Shown piece by piece: positions 42,680 to 53,586 of a stretch of 64,000 nt of DNA. Location of the stretch: contig JAVJWO010000211.1 of the NCBI GenBank assembly GCA_040222015.1, positions 1 to 64,000 of the forward strand. The letters run 5' to 3'. A program made the position numbers and the translations under genes. The DNA is from Coleofasciculus chthonoplastes F2-STO-03 (GTDB taxonomy: Bacteria > Cyanobacteriota > Cyanobacteriia > Cyanobacteriales > Coleofasciculaceae). The notes under the pieces were generated by a model. The model was not told where the DNA came from and did not search any database. It was given only the letters and a program-made list of their open reading frames with translations. Numbering within the stretch: position 1 is the first letter of the stretch; each line of letters starts with the position of its first letter.

Positions 42680-43816
42680 CTAAAACTCTAAGTTAATAAT
42701 TGCTAGTCCTGACTGTGTTGGGATAAGTTGGATAAAACCCTTAAAATCATTCTTTTCAACACTGTAGTATAGTCCATCATCAGTCAAAGGAATAACCGTA
42801 AACTCTTTCTCTTTAAGTTGACTGACAAACTGAGAACTTAACTGTTCCCTATCTCTTTCGTAAACAGTTCCCAAATAATTGTATTTTCCATCAACCCCCT
42901 CAGCTAATACTTGTTTGATTTCTGTATTCAGCTCTTTTGTATACTCACCAGCTACCATAATCTGTTCCAGAATATTTTGCAATTCTCGTTCTTCTGCTTT
43001 TTCCGCTGCTAAATCAGGTAAGTCTGCCCGATCAAGTTGTGTTTTTGAGAGGAAAATTATCGTAGTTTCCCCCTTGAAAACCAAGTGCATATATTGAGAT
43101 ACATCATCTTGAGAAACTTGATAAACCTTGAATTCAGATTCATCTATACTCGGATTAGCTAGAGTATAATTGCGATCGGGTAGTTCCTTGCTATAGTATT
43201 TAATAACCTGACCTAAGGGTTGCTGGACATGACGAGCTGATGTATCTGCCTCTCCAGTAAGTATCCCTAAGGAACCTATCGCCGCCTCTTCAGGAAAAGG
43301 AAAATTTGTGAGGAATTTTTCCAGCGGATCTTCCACATTGACATCATTGGTATCAATTCCAGAATCTAGGGTTTGATCAGTATTTTTTTCTTCAATCGTC
43401 TGAGTTTCATCCTTAGAACTAGATGGTGATGGAGAGGGTGACGATTTAGGATTTCCCCAAATTCCTGGAGAAAATTCAATCGTAGGACTGAGATCAGGAG
43501 TCGGTTGGATCGGGTCAGGAAATGGGTTAATCCTAGGTTGACTAGAAAAGGCTGAGACGAAAGGAGTCGATTGACTTGGCGTTGGACTCGTTTGGGCTGT
43601 GGGTGCCTCAGCGGAATTTACTGAAGACTTAGGTGATGGGGAAAGTGAAGGTAACTGTGTCACTTTCACTTGTTCTTCAGGTTCCGACTTTTCCCAGGTA
43701 GAAGGTACGGGTAAAATTAGCACAATACCATGCAACACCAAAGAAACCAGCAGCATAGGTCGCCATACCTTATGTACAGGAGTCGGTAAGTTTTTCAGCA
43801 ACTCAGGCGATTTCAT
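42680..43816 (-). CDS. Membrane-anchored Pro/Ser-rich hypothetical protein with TonB-like SxxLH anchor
   Basis: VSLVLHG TM motif, Pro/Ser-rich linker. Confidence 0.7.
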   Translation of the reverse strand: MKSPELLKNLPTPVHKVWRPMLLVSLVLHGIVLILPVPSTWEKSEPEEQVKVTQLPSLSPSPKSSVNSAEAPTAQTSPTPSQSTPFVSAFSSQPRINPFPDPIQPTPDLSPTIEFSPGIWGNPKSSPSPSPSSSKDETQTIEEKNTDQTLDSGIDTNDVNVEDPLEKFLTNFPFPEEAAIGSLGILTGEADTSARHVQQPLGQVIKYYSKELPDRNYTLANPSIDESEFKVYQVSQDDVSQYMHLVFKGETTIIFLSKTQLDRADLPDLAAEKAEERELQNILEQIMVAGEYTKELNTEIKQVLAEGVDGKYNYLGTVYERDREQLSSQFVSQLKEKEFTVIPLTDDGLYYSVEKNDFKGFIQLIPTQSGLAIINLEF

Positions 43817-43860
43817 GGAAGCACAGTTAAAGGCAGCAAGGATTTAATCCCAATTGAGTT

Positions 43861-44580
43861 TCATTTTGACATATTGGAACTCGGCGGATTTTCAGCCGGC
43901 TTAATCCATTTGTCGTACAAATCAGGGCGACGTTCCCGGGTTCTCTGAATCTGTTGGTCTTTGCGCCACTGGTCAATCGCCTGATGATTGCCCGATAATA
44001 AAACATCTGGGACGTGCCAACCGCGAAATTCAGCAGGGCGTGTCCACTGCGGATAGTCTAATAATCCAGCTTCAAAACTCTCTGATTTAAGGGATTCCAC
44101 CTTCCCCACTGTTCCAGGGCGTAATCTCACCACCCCATTAATCAAGGCGAGTGCGGGAATTTCACCGCAGGTTAAGACAAAATCCCCTAACGATACCTCT
44201 CGCGTCACTAAATGTAAGACTCGTTCATCGACACCTTCATAATGTCCACAGATAATCACAATTTGGTCATAACCCGTCGCCAACTCCACCAACAATGGCT
44301 GGTTCAGCGGTTGTCCCTGGGGCGTCATCAGAATCACCTCTCGCCGAGGTAATCTAGGTAACGACTCCACCGCCGCAAAAATTGGTTCTGGTTTCATTAG
44401 CATTCCCACCCCACCCCCATAAGGTTCATCGTCAACCCGTCGGTGTTTATCGGTGGCAAAATCACGAGGATTGATTAGGTGTACTTGGGCGATTTGTTTG
44501 GTCAGTGCCTTACCCAGCAGTCCTGACGCTAGGGGAGAGGTAAAGAAATCCGGAAACAGGGTGACAACATCAAAACGCAC
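43861..44580 (-). CDS. trmD: tRNA (guanine37-N1)-methyltransferase
   Basis: VDDEPYGGG, CGHYEGVDER, SLGDFVL. Confidence 0.97.
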   Translation of the reverse strand: MRFDVVTLFPDFFTSPLASGLLGKALTKQIAQVHLINPRDFATDKHRRVDDEPYGGGVGMLMKPEPIFAAVESLPRLPRREVILMTPQGQPLNQPLLVELATGYDQIVIICGHYEGVDERVLHLVTREVSLGDFVLTCGEIPALALINGVVRLRPGTVGKVESLKSESFEAGLLDYPQWTRPAEFRGWHVPDVLLSGNHQAIDQWRKDQQIQRTRERRPDLYDKWIKPAENPPSSNMSK

Positions 44581-44919
44581 AAGAATTGGGTCGCTCTCAA
44601 TACAAAAAGGGTCAATCTTATATCATAGTATAAGTAATTATTGGTATAATTTGCCGTGATGACTGGGAAACGCCCGACTTTCTCGGAACGGCTGAGTGTC
44701 GTGAGTGAGTGTTCTGGTGCGGCTAAACAATTAACGATTTTCATCGATTCACCGTATTTAGGCGGCTGTAGAGTGCATCTGATCAAAGCCAAGCGCAATG
44801 GTGTTTAGTTGTGGAGAAGCTTGCCCAGGACAGCCTAAACCAGTAGTTGAGCTAGAGTCAAAATCGTAATAAAGTGACAGTTCTAGCCAAGCGCGATACT
44901 CAAGTATTGAACTCACCTT

Positions 44920-45795
44920 ATGCCCGAACTCGACATCGACAGTATGCTGCAGTTAGACTCTCAATTCCAAGCGACGACAATGCCTCAATCGACAAAAACC
45001 GCAATCATTGTTATTGGTGGTGCGGAAGATAAAGTTCATGGACGGGAGATCCTGCAAACCTTTTTTCGTCGGTCGGGTGCAGGTGAGGCGCGAATTGCGA
45101 TTATTCCATCGGCGTCGCGAGAACCCGCGATTATTGGCGATCGCTATCAGCGGATTTTTGAGGATATGGGGGCAAAGGAAATTAAAGTCCTGGATGTCCG
45201 CGATCGCGCTCAAGGCTCTGATTCTGAGTTACAAGAGTATGTGGAAACCTGTACGGGTGTCTTTATGACCGGTGGGGATCAACTGCGCTTGTGCGGGTTG
45301 CTCTCGGATACCCCGTTAATGGAAAAAGTCCGCCAACGGGCACATTTAGGGGAGATTACCTTAGCCGGAACCAGTGCAGGTGCGGCGGTGATGGGTCATC
45401 ACATGATCGCAGGCGGCGGGAGTGGTGAGTCCCCGAATCGCTCCTTAGTCGATATGGCAACAGGGTTGGGGATTATTCCTGAAGTTATTGTCGATCAGCA
45501 TTTTCTGAATCGAAATCGCATCGCCCGCTTGATGAGTGCGATCGCCATGCACCCAGATCGCTTGGGGATCGGCATCGATGAAGATACTTGTATCATCTTT
45601 GAGCGAGATGGTTGGTTACAGGTTATGGGCAAAGGTACGGTGACGATTATTGATCCCGGAGAACTGTCTCACACCAATCAAGTGGATATTGGCAGCACCG
45701 ATCCCATTGGTCTACATAACCTCCGAGTCCATATTTTGTGTCATGGCGATCGCTATCATGTCTATAAACGAGCATTAATGCCAGTCAACGCCTAA
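44920..45795 (+). CDS. cphB: Cyanophycinase
   Basis: IGGAED, TGGDQ, GTSAGA, DQHF; upstream of cphA (start may be a few codons downstream). Confidence 0.95.
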   Translation: MPELDIDSMLQLDSQFQATTMPQSTKTAIIVIGGAEDKVHGREILQTFFRRSGAGEARIAIIPSASREPAIIGDRYQRIFEDMGAKEIKVLDVRDRAQGSDSELQEYVETCTGVFMTGGDQLRLCGLLSDTPLMEKVRQRAHLGEITLAGTSAGAAVMGHHMIAGGGSGESPNRSLVDMATGLGIIPEVIVDQHFLNRNRIARLMSAIAMHPDRLGIGIDEDTCIIFERDGWLQVMGKGTVTIIDPGELSHTNQVDIGSTDPIGLHNLRVHILCHGDRYHVYKRALMPVNA

Positions 45796-46059
45796 TGCAG
45801 AACAGCATTTTTGAGCGGGGGGATCTGGGGGAGATTTTAGCGGCTAAACTCAAAACCAGGTTCCCTTGAGCAAGCGCGTTGGGTTAAAACTCAAAAATCC
45901 TTCCAGAAAAATGTTCATAATGAACAGTTTGATAGCTTTGAACAGTCGGAAACTAGATAAGATGTCCCATCCACTCAAAACGAGTGAATCCAATCAGGGC
46001 AAGAGTAGACGACTCCCCCGATTACGTGGAGGACTTTTGAGAACGGGCAAAAATGTTGA

Positions 46060-46128
46060 GACAAAGTAAGTCGCGATACTTGAGAAGTCTACGCTCTAAT
46101 CTGGAGATCCAGGGTAGGAGGATGTCAC
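46060..46128 (+). mobile_element. IS200/IS605-like right-end remnant between cphB and cphA
   Basis: GAAGTCTACGCTCTAAT..GGTAGGAGGATGTCAC, same terminus as 29571. Confidence 0.5.
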
Positions 46129-46225
46129 GTAATGTTACAGAAATTCCTAAAATAGATTTTGCACAATCGCTAGTTTGTGCTTAAAAAGCCGACATTGTGA
46201 ACCATCCCCGATTTCATCACTAACT

Positions 46226-48907
46226 ATGAGAATTCTAAAAATCCAGACGTTACGCGGTCCCAACTACTGGAGCATTCGACGCCATAAACTTATTGTCATG
46301 CGTCTTGATTTGGAGGAACTCATCGATAAACCCTCCAATGTACTTCCGGGATTCTACGAGGGACTGGTAGAGACGCTACCCAGTCTAGAGGATCATTTCT
46401 GTTCTCCGGGTGTTCGGGGTGGGTTCTTAAGTCGGGTCAAAGAAGGCACGATGATGGGGCATATTATCGAACATGTGGCGCTGGAACTTCAGGAACTGGC
46501 AGGAATGCGCGTTGGGTTTGGTCGGACTCGGGAAACTGGGACAGCCGGAATTTATCAAGTTGTTTTCGAGTACATTGACGAGCAGGCGGGTCGCTATGCG
46601 GCTAGGGCGGCTGTGCGCTTGTGCCAAAGTATTATCGATACCAGAGCCTATCCCCAACGGGAGTTAGCTCAAGACTTAAAAGACCTGAGCGAACTGGCTC
46701 GCGATGCGGCGTTAGGACCGAGTACAGAAGCCTTGGTCAAAGAAGCCGACGCCCGAGGCATTCCCTGGCTTACCCTAAGTGCCAGAGCCATGATTCAGCT
46801 TGGCTACGGGTTGCATCAGAAGCGAATTCAAGCCACCTTGAGTGATTACTCCGGAATTTTAGGGGTGGAATTAGCCTGTGATAAAGAAGGGACGAAGCAG
46901 ATTTTGTTTGATGCGGGGGTTCCGGTTCCCCGAGGCACAACGGTGCTTTATCTGGACGAATTAGACAGCGCGATCGAGTATGTGGGGGGGTATCCGATTG
47001 TGATTAAACCCCTGGATGGTAATCATGGGCGGGGGATTACGATTGATATTCGCAACTGGGACGAAACGGAACAAGCCTATGATCGTGCTAAAGATATCTC
47101 CCGTGCGGTGATTGTGGAGCGCTATTATCCCGGTTTTGACCACCGTGTTTTGGTGATTAACGGGAAAGTTGAAGCCGTCGCCCAGCGGATTCCAGCACGG
47201 GTAATTGGCGATGGTAAGTCCACGGTTGAAGAACTGATTGAACGGACGAACCGCGATCCCAATCGGGGCGACGGTCATGATAACGTCCTGACGAAAATTG
47301 TCGTTGATCATACGAGTTTGAGTGTCTTAGAACGTCAGGGTTACAGTTTGGATACCGTCCTCCGAAAAGATGAGGTTTGTTATTTACGGGCAACAGCTAA
47401 TCTGAGTACGGGGGGTATTGCCATAGACCGCACGGACGATATCCACCCGGAAAATGTTTGGTTAGCGGAGCGCGTGGCTAAAATTATTGGTCTAGATATT
47501 GCCGGCATTGATATTGTCACCCCCGATATTAGCCAACCCCTACGGGACATTGACGGCGTGGTGGTGGAAGTAAATGCGGCACCTGGTTTCCGGATGCATG
47601 TCAGTCCCTCGGAAGGCTTACCGCGCAATGTCGCCGCCCCGGTGATGGATATGCTGTTTCCACCGGGACAAGCCAGTCGGATTCCGATTCTGGCGGTGAC
47701 AGGGACGAATGGGAAAACCACCACCACTCGCTTGCTTGCCCATATCTATAAGCAAACGGGTCATGGGGTTGGCTATACCACCACGGATGGGATCTACATT
47801 GGCGATCATCTGGTGGAACAAGGAGACACCACTGGACCCCAAAGCGCTCAAGTGATTCTCAAAGATCCCACGGTTGAGGTGGCGGTATTGGAAACAGCCC
47901 GAGGTGGGATTCTGCGATCGGGGTTAGCCTTTGATGCCTGTGATGTGGGTGTTGTTTTAAATGTCTCGGCGGATCACTTGGGCATTGGCGATATTGATAC
48001 CCTTGACCAGATGGCGCATCTTAAGAGTGTAGTGGCTGAATCGGTGAGTCCTGCTGGGTATGCCGTTCTTAATGCTGAAGATCCCCTAGTGACAGAAATG
48101 GCACAGCGCGTCAAAGGGCATGTGGCATTTTTCTCCATGAATCCCGACAATGAGGTGGTGAAAGCTCATACCCGCCAGGGAGGTTTAGCAGGGGTGTATG
48201 AAAATGGCTACCTATCATTAATCCGAGGCGAATGGACGCTGCGGATTGAGAAGGCGGAAAATATGCCTGTAACGATGAGAGGAATGGCACCGTTCCAAAT
48301 TGCTAATGCCTTAGCCGCTAGCCTCGCCGCCTTTGCTCAAGGGGTTCCGATTGAGGCAATTCGTGACGCTTTGACCACATTCCGGGCGTCTGTGGCGCAG
48401 ACACCGGGACGGATGAATTTATTTAATCTGGGTGAGTATCATGCTTTGGTGGATTATGCCCATAATGCCGCCAGTTATGAAGCCGTGGGCGGTTTTGTCC
48501 GCAATTGGTCCGGGGAACGGGTTGGCGTTGTCGGTGGACCTGGCGATCGCCGAGATGAGGATTTTATTAACTTGGGACGACTCTCGGCGGACATTTTTGA
48601 CCGGATCATTATTAAAGAAGATGCGGATTTACGGGGACGTCCCAGTGGTGACGCGGCGGAGTTGATTCGCAAGGGAATTCTGGAGACGAATCCGGATCGG
48701 GAGTATGAAATTATTCTCAATGAAACTGAGGCGATTAATACGGCGTTAGACCGAGTGGTGTCTGGTGGTTTGGTGGTGATTTTCCCGGAAAAGGTGAGTG
48801 GGACGATTCGTTTGATTGAGGAACGGCGTCCTCTGCCAGAGAATGGGTATCAACCCGTGGGTGAGTCTCAAGTGGATTTAAAGCCATCGGTGGCGAACCC
48901 TGGGTGA
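46226..48907 (+). CDS. cphA: Cyanophycin synthetase
   Basis: MRILKIQTLRGPNYWS, ATP-grasp (KPLDGNHGRG), Mur-ligase (VTGTNGKTT, DYAHN). Confidence 0.97.
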   Translation: MRILKIQTLRGPNYWSIRRHKLIVMRLDLEELIDKPSNVLPGFYEGLVETLPSLEDHFCSPGVRGGFLSRVKEGTMMGHIIEHVALELQELAGMRVGFGRTRETGTAGIYQVVFEYIDEQAGRYAARAAVRLCQSIIDTRAYPQRELAQDLKDLSELARDAALGPSTEALVKEADARGIPWLTLSARAMIQLGYGLHQKRIQATLSDYSGILGVELACDKEGTKQILFDAGVPVPRGTTVLYLDELDSAIEYVGGYPIVIKPLDGNHGRGITIDIRNWDETEQAYDRAKDISRAVIVERYYPGFDHRVLVINGKVEAVAQRIPARVIGDGKSTVEELIERTNRDPNRGDGHDNVLTKIVVDHTSLSVLERQGYSLDTVLRKDEVCYLRATANLSTGGIAIDRTDDIHPENVWLAERVAKIIGLDIAGIDIVTPDISQPLRDIDGVVVEVNAAPGFRMHVSPSEGLPRNVAAPVMDMLFPPGQASRIPILAVTGTNGKTTTTRLLAHIYKQTGHGVGYTTTDGIYIGDHLVEQGDTTGPQSAQVILKDPTVEVAVLETARGGILRSGLAFDACDVGVVLNVSADHLGIGDIDTLDQMAHLKSVVAESVSPAGYAVLNAEDPLVTEMAQRVKGHVAFFSMNPDNEVVKAHTRQGGLAGVYENGYLSLIRGEWTLRIEKAENMPVTMRGMAPFQIANALAASLAAFAQGVPIEAIRDALTTFRASVAQTPGRMNLFNLGEYHALVDYAHNAASYEAVGGFVRNWSGERVGVVGGPGDRRDEDFINLGRLSADIFDRIIIKEDADLRGRPSGDAAELIRKGILETNPDREYEIILNETEAINTALDRVVSGGLVVIFPEKVSGTIRLIEERRPLPENGYQPVGESQVDLKPSVANPG

Positions 48908-49022
48908 TGGCCCTTTAAGTCGGTTGGGCAAGGTAGAAGCAGATGCGATCGCGGATTCCCCTTGCCCAACTTTTGCGATCGCCTCAGCACAGGAATGAAC
49001 GGCTGAAATTTTTTCTCTCGTG

Positions 49023-49223
49023 TCAATCCCGCCTTAAATCTCCTCGGTCATCACTGGGATCATTGGGCATTTGCGGTGTTACGGCTGGATTGTCTACGGT
49101 TTCCTCAGCATCGCGATCGGCAATATAACCGGGTTTCATGGCTAAATCCTTTGGGTCAACGGTTGGAGTTTGCTCTGGAGCCTTTTCCTGTTCCGGCGAT
49201 GTGTTATTTGGGTCTGAACTCAT
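49023..49223 (-). CDS. Small acidic hypothetical protein
   Basis: 66-aa ORF in the gap; no recognised motif. Confidence 0.5.
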   Translation of the reverse strand: MSSDPNNTSPEQEKAPEQTPTVDPKDLAMKPGYIADRDAEETVDNPAVTPQMPNDPSDDRGDLRRD

Positions 49224-49426
49224 TACAGCCTAATCGTTTCAACAGCTTTACCTTAACCCCTTTCATCGGCAAAACTGTACTATCGCAAGGCAGAAATTCT
49301 ACCTTCTTGCACTAGAAACCGGGTTTCTCGTGAGGATAACAACTCCATATCAACCTTTCACCCCCAGAAACCCGGTTTCTTGACCGATGTCCTACACGCC
49401 AAAGTGCAAAGAGCATAACACAGGTG

Positions 49427-50080
49427 TCAGAATAGACTCCAACTCTGATTACCCCCCATGTAGTTGAAGAGAATAAAAGGAAACCCCACAAGATAGTGGG
49501 CAACTACAGGACCAGAAATACTTCTGAACTTCCAGTAATTTTTCCCCCATAGCCAGCCCAACAGCCAGGTTCCAGCAACGATTAAAACACTACGAAAGTA
49601 AATGTGAGAGAACGCAAAAAGACTGGCAGAGCAAAGTATCACAGCTCTCTCATGAGAGCCAATTATTTTTTCTAAAACCAGGAAAGCGAATCCTCTCCAT
49701 ACCAGTTCTTGAAATACCGACATGCCAAAATACCAGCCATAGTAACCGAACTCTAGATACAGAGAACGAGGGTAACCTAAAAACCAAGGGAGCAAAGCCA
49801 AAAATATCCAACCTAACAGAAGTAGGGACAAAGTAGAGGGCAGTATCTCACGTACTGATGAAAGCTCTAGCGAAAGCCCTAGTTTATGTGGAGCAACTCT
49901 GTTTATAGACACATAGCTTATCATGACGACTGTTGGAAAGCCGCCTAGGGTGAGAAAGAAAAACTGTCTGGTCAAAAAATCTGAATAGAGCAGCACAGAG
50001 GGCATAACAAAAGCAATGAACAATAGCCATATTTCTGGTTTTAATACTTTTATTTGTTGTAGCCATCTGAGTTTAAACAC
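49427..50080 (-). CDS. CPBP (CAAX/Abi) family intramembrane metalloprotease
   Basis: QELVWRG, FAFSH, AH motifs in a polytopic membrane protein; GGAGGG RBS. Confidence 0.82.
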   Translation of the reverse strand: MFKLRWLQQIKVLKPEIWLLFIAFVMPSVLLYSDFLTRQFFFLTLGGFPTVVMISYVSINRVAPHKLGLSLELSSVREILPSTLSLLLLGWIFLALLPWFLGYPRSLYLEFGYYGWYFGMSVFQELVWRGFAFLVLEKIIGSHERAVILCSASLFAFSHIYFRSVLIVAGTWLLGWLWGKNYWKFRSISGPVVAHYLVGFPFILFNYMGGNQSWSLF

Positions 50081-50102
50081 AATTAATCCCTCCAGCTAGC
50101 GA

Positions 50103-50550
50103 TAGTATTTAAAAAGCCGTATTGAAACAAATTACCTCCTGTGAGCCTTCATCTATCCTTCTCCACCCCTTGCTCTGATACCAGTCGCTTCGGCGATTGG
50201 CGCTCAACGGGTTTGTCGGTGGAGTTTTTTATTGGGGATGGATATCGCTGGATAGAACAGGGTACAGCCCAAACTAGAACCCTATTTAATTCTGACGCCG
50301 AGCATTTAACAACCATCAATCCAAAACCTGATCACAACAGCGGGAGGTACAGGCGCATCCAAGCCGTACCGATATAGGACAAGAAAACCATACCGTTTTT
50401 CAACTCCCCCGCTCTGACTCAAATAGCAGCGGGGTTTCTTATACCAAGGAGTAAAAAGCGTGACGAATGTAACTGAAGGATTAAGGCGCTCCGTGGTGGT
50501 GTTCTCCAAGAACTACCTACCCATCAGTCGAGTCAATATGAAGCGGGCGG
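50103..50550 (+). repeat. Diverged direct-repeat copy of 60904-61352 (leader, 78-aa ORF and first ~30 codons of HNH)
   Basis: Colinear high similarity between the two segments. Confidence 0.93.
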
Positions 50551-50681
50551 GTATCTTTGCTCCCCCCAGCTTCCCCAGCTTCCCCTGCACCCTACCCCCC
50601 CACAAAACTTATTCAGCAGACCCGAAGTAAATCAATCTAACTCCCCCATCTCCCTCATCCTCCCCAGCTCCCCCATCCTCC

Positions 50682-51752
50682 CTAATCTCTCACCTCGCGC
50701 ACGGTTATTGAAAAGCCATCTCCCAACTTAACGGCAATCAAGTCATAGCATTGCTTTCCCCTATCCGTTTGCCAACCCAATTCTTGTTCGAGTGGTTCTC
50801 CGGTTTCCACCACCTGCACGAACTTTTCAAGCAATCCTGGGGCGAGTCGATTCAGCAGTTTCTTTTGCCCTGATTTACTCGTAAGTTCTTCTCGTTTTTT
50901 CCCCAAGAGTTTGGCAAAGACGGGATTAACCAACAGATAGCGAAAGTCCACGATTTCTCCGGTGACTAAATCCCTCACCGTTTGCAGGGCGGCAATTCCA
51001 TCTCTAGAACTGTTCAACAAACTGGTGAGGAGGGCGCGAGATTGGTAGAGAATTTCTGCGGTTTGTTGATGTTTCTCGATTTGTTGTCGGAGTTCGTATT
51101 TTTGCTGTTGCAGGGTGAGGTGAGTTTGGATGCGGGCGATGACTTCTTCGGGTTGGAAGGGTTTGGTGATGTAATCCACTCCCCCAACTTGAAAGGCTTT
51201 GACTTTATCGAATATTTCGTTTAATGCACTGATGAAAATAATGGGAATGTCTGAAGTTTCTTCGTCGGCTTTCAGGGTTGAGCAGACTTGATAGCCATCA
51301 ATATCGGGCATTTTAATATCCAGTAAGATGATATCCGGGGGGTGATTGCGGACGGTTTTTAATGCCATTGTGCCGTTGGTTACGCGGCGGACTTTGTACC
51401 CCTGTTTGGTTAAGAGGTCGTTTAAAAAATGCAGGTTTTCGACGAGAGCGTCAACAATTAAGATATTGCCTTTGGGGTCTTCAATGTGGTAATTATTGCT
51501 TTGTTCTAAGAGTAAACGGCGGAACTTATTTTTGGTGACTTTTTCGTCGAGTAAGTCGGAAAGACGTTTCCATAATTGGGAGGCTAAATCTTTAATATGC
51601 CCCACGCTCATGTATAAGCGATCGGCGACGGTGCTGTAGGTTTCGTTGTCCCAGGCGGCTTTGAGGATTTCTTTTTCTGGTGCGGTGAGTTGTTTATCGG
51701 TTTTAGCTTGAAGGATAGATTCGACAAACTCTAGGGCTTCTTCAAGAGTCAT
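50682..51752 (-). CDS. Regulator with N-terminal HTH, receiver and PAS-like domains
   Basis: TY..VA..LYMSVGHIKD..LWKRLS HTH; LLDIKMP, DYITKPF receiver (acidic DD pocket changed to DA). Confidence 0.85.
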   Translation of the reverse strand: MTLEEALEFVESILQAKTDKQLTAPEKEILKAAWDNETYSTVADRLYMSVGHIKDLASQLWKRLSDLLDEKVTKNKFRRLLLEQSNNYHIEDPKGNILIVDALVENLHFLNDLLTKQGYKVRRVTNGTMALKTVRNHPPDIILLDIKMPDIDGYQVCSTLKADEETSDIPIIFISALNEIFDKVKAFQVGGVDYITKPFQPEEVIARIQTHLTLQQQKYELRQQIEKHQQTAEILYQSRALLTSLLNSSRDGIAALQTVRDLVTGEIVDFRYLLVNPVFAKLLGKKREELTSKSGQKKLLNRLAPGLLEKFVQVVETGEPLEQELGWQTDRGKQCYDLIAVKLGDGFSITVREVRD

Positions 51753-52275
51753 GGGCAGTTACGATATCATCTTATCAATGTTTTTGATGCTTGCACCCCG
51801 GTTTTTATTTTAGCTGCTCATTTCTAGAAGTTCCAACCCTTAATGAAGGTCAACCCTTCTTTTTTAAGCTTTTGGGGGAAAATACGGAGAATAAATACGC
51901 CGTTGACGTAGATAAATGTATTACAGATTTGGTGATTGAATGAAATACATTCCAGGACGTGTCTAATAGGATATAGTAACCACCATAGCGGTTAGGTTAG
52001 GACGCATCATTTTTAGGACTTACGCTTTCTTTACGGCACAGGCACGGCAATGCCGTGTCCCTACCCTAAATGGCGTTTGTGCGTAAGTCCTGATTTTGTA
52101 GAGACGTTGCATGCAACGTCTGGAACAACAGTTTGTTTCTCCTAATCGATGTGTCTACTACTATAATTGCATGGCTGCTACCTGATTGGGTTGAAAATGT
52201 ATGTAATACGGATAAGTTTTTCGTCTTACATACGGATGTGTTTTAGTGCGTGATATGGCATTCAGTGGCAACGAG

Positions 52276-52345
52276 CCGACTTTTCCAACTTTATGATCCG
52301 ACTTTCCCGACTGACAGGGGCTAGGGCGGGGAGCCATGATAGAGA
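52276..52345 (+). promoter_or_regulatory. CCGAC-repeat operator/promoter block, copy 1 (copy 2 at 57025-57094)
   Basis: 70-bp segment with four CC(G/A)AC units; 6 mismatches to copy 2 by manual count. Confidence 0.75.
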
Positions 52346-52443
52346 CATGGAAAGGATGCAGCCTCTTGCCAAAGAGCCACTGAATCCAATCCTTAGCCGG
52401 ATAAATACGGCGTCAAAGCTAGTAGATGTTCGGCAGAAAAATA

Positions 52444-52470
52444 ATGTGGATTTGGTTTCGTCGTCGATAA
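52444..52470 (+). CDS. Micro-ORF MWIWFRRR (possible alternative start 52426)
   Basis: Homologous to 55687-55716 with synonymous codon changes and the same downstream hairpin. Confidence 0.55.
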   Translation: MWIWFRRR

Positions 52471-52725
52471 AAATCCATTCTGATCGACAATTCATCAGCA
52501 ATTGAACATCGGTAATTGAAAAATCTAAGCTGAGTGTAAACTTACTACTCAGCTTAGTAATAATTCATCCCGATAATAACAACCAACGTAGTAAATGGAG
52601 CGCAGGCGAAATCATACCGCACTGGACTATATTGGGGCGGAATTTTGGATGCAAGAAAAAAGGAACAGAAGCCTGTTCCTTGATAGTTTTCACAACCTAT
52701 TGGGTTCACTACCAGTTTTTAAGTC

Positions 52726-53586
52726 ATGTCAAATTCTCAATCAGCTAGTGCATCAGGCATTCGGGGTTGCTCTGAAGAGTTAGAGAAAGCATTTTGGCAG
52801 CTATGGCAGCAGAATCGAGATTATCTTTACCGTTGCTGTCTCAAGTGGATGGGTGGGAATCCTACTGATGCGGAAGAGGCGCTCAGTCGGGCAATGCTCA
52901 AAGCTTGGGATAAATTGCCGGATCATGCCGAAAAAATCACTAATTTCAGAGCTTGGCTCACCCGATTAATTCATAATCTCTGTATCGATATACACCGAGA
53001 ACGTCGCCGGAAAGCCATGCAAATGGAAAGTATTGAAGAAATAGCCGCTAGAGACAACTCAGCGGTTATTTCTTGTTTGGACTCTCCTGAATTAGCACTT
53101 CTATATCATGAGTTTGGACAGTACCTTCGCCGCGCTATCGATACTCTTCCTTCTCGACTACGCACTCCGTTTGTTCTGCGTTACTACCACCAGATTTCCT
53201 ATCAAGAGATAGCCCAACAACTCGCCATCTCGCTCGATAACGTTTACAAGCGCATCCAACAGGCACGAGATATTCTGCAAAAGCGTTTGAGTAGGTATTT
53301 TTCAGGGTTGGGTGATTCTTTGTTCGATTCCCCCCAGTTCAATACTGCAAGGGATACCTCTCCCCCAACCCCTCTCTTTGTAGGAGAGGGGTGTATTGCT
53401 CCGGCTTATCTAGGGGGGGTTAAAGCCAGATGTGAGCAATCTGATGAAACGAGGATATCCGATTTGACCGCCGCGATCGCTACCGAGTGCATGAACGAGA
53501 CAATTAATTATCACGTCACAGCATCATGTCTAGAAACACTGCACTACGGATGGTATCGCTCACTCTCTCCTCTGGGGTGGAACTGA
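52726..53586 (+). CDS. ECF sigma-70 factor with C-terminal extension
   Basis: DAEEALSRAMLKAW..FRAWL..NLCID (region 2); LP..R..F.LRY..SYQEIAQQL (region 4). Confidence 0.92.
   Translation: MSNSQSASASGIRGCSEELEKAFWQLWQQNRDYLYRCCLKWMGGNPTDAEEALSRAMLKAWDKLPDHAEKITNFRAWLTRLIHNLCIDIHRERRRKAMQMESIEEIAARDNSAVISCLDSPELALLYHEFGQYLRRAIDTLPSRLRTPFVLRYYHQISYQEIAQQLAISLDNVYKRIQQARDILQKRLSRYFSGLGDSLFDSPQFNTARDTSPPTPLFVGEGCIAPAYLGGVKARCEQSDETRISDLTAAIATECMNETINYHVTASCLETLHYGWYRSLSPLGWN

Noticed and set aside
46427..48720. Numerous antisense or overlapping short ORFs within cphA and other long genes
   Set aside because: Shadow ORFs with no motifs or RBS
52293..52505. 70-aa ORF and the 62-aa ORF at 56940-57128 sharing IRL.RLTGARAGS
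   Set aside because: The similarity comes only from the duplicated CCGAC DNA block; starts and remainders are unrelated
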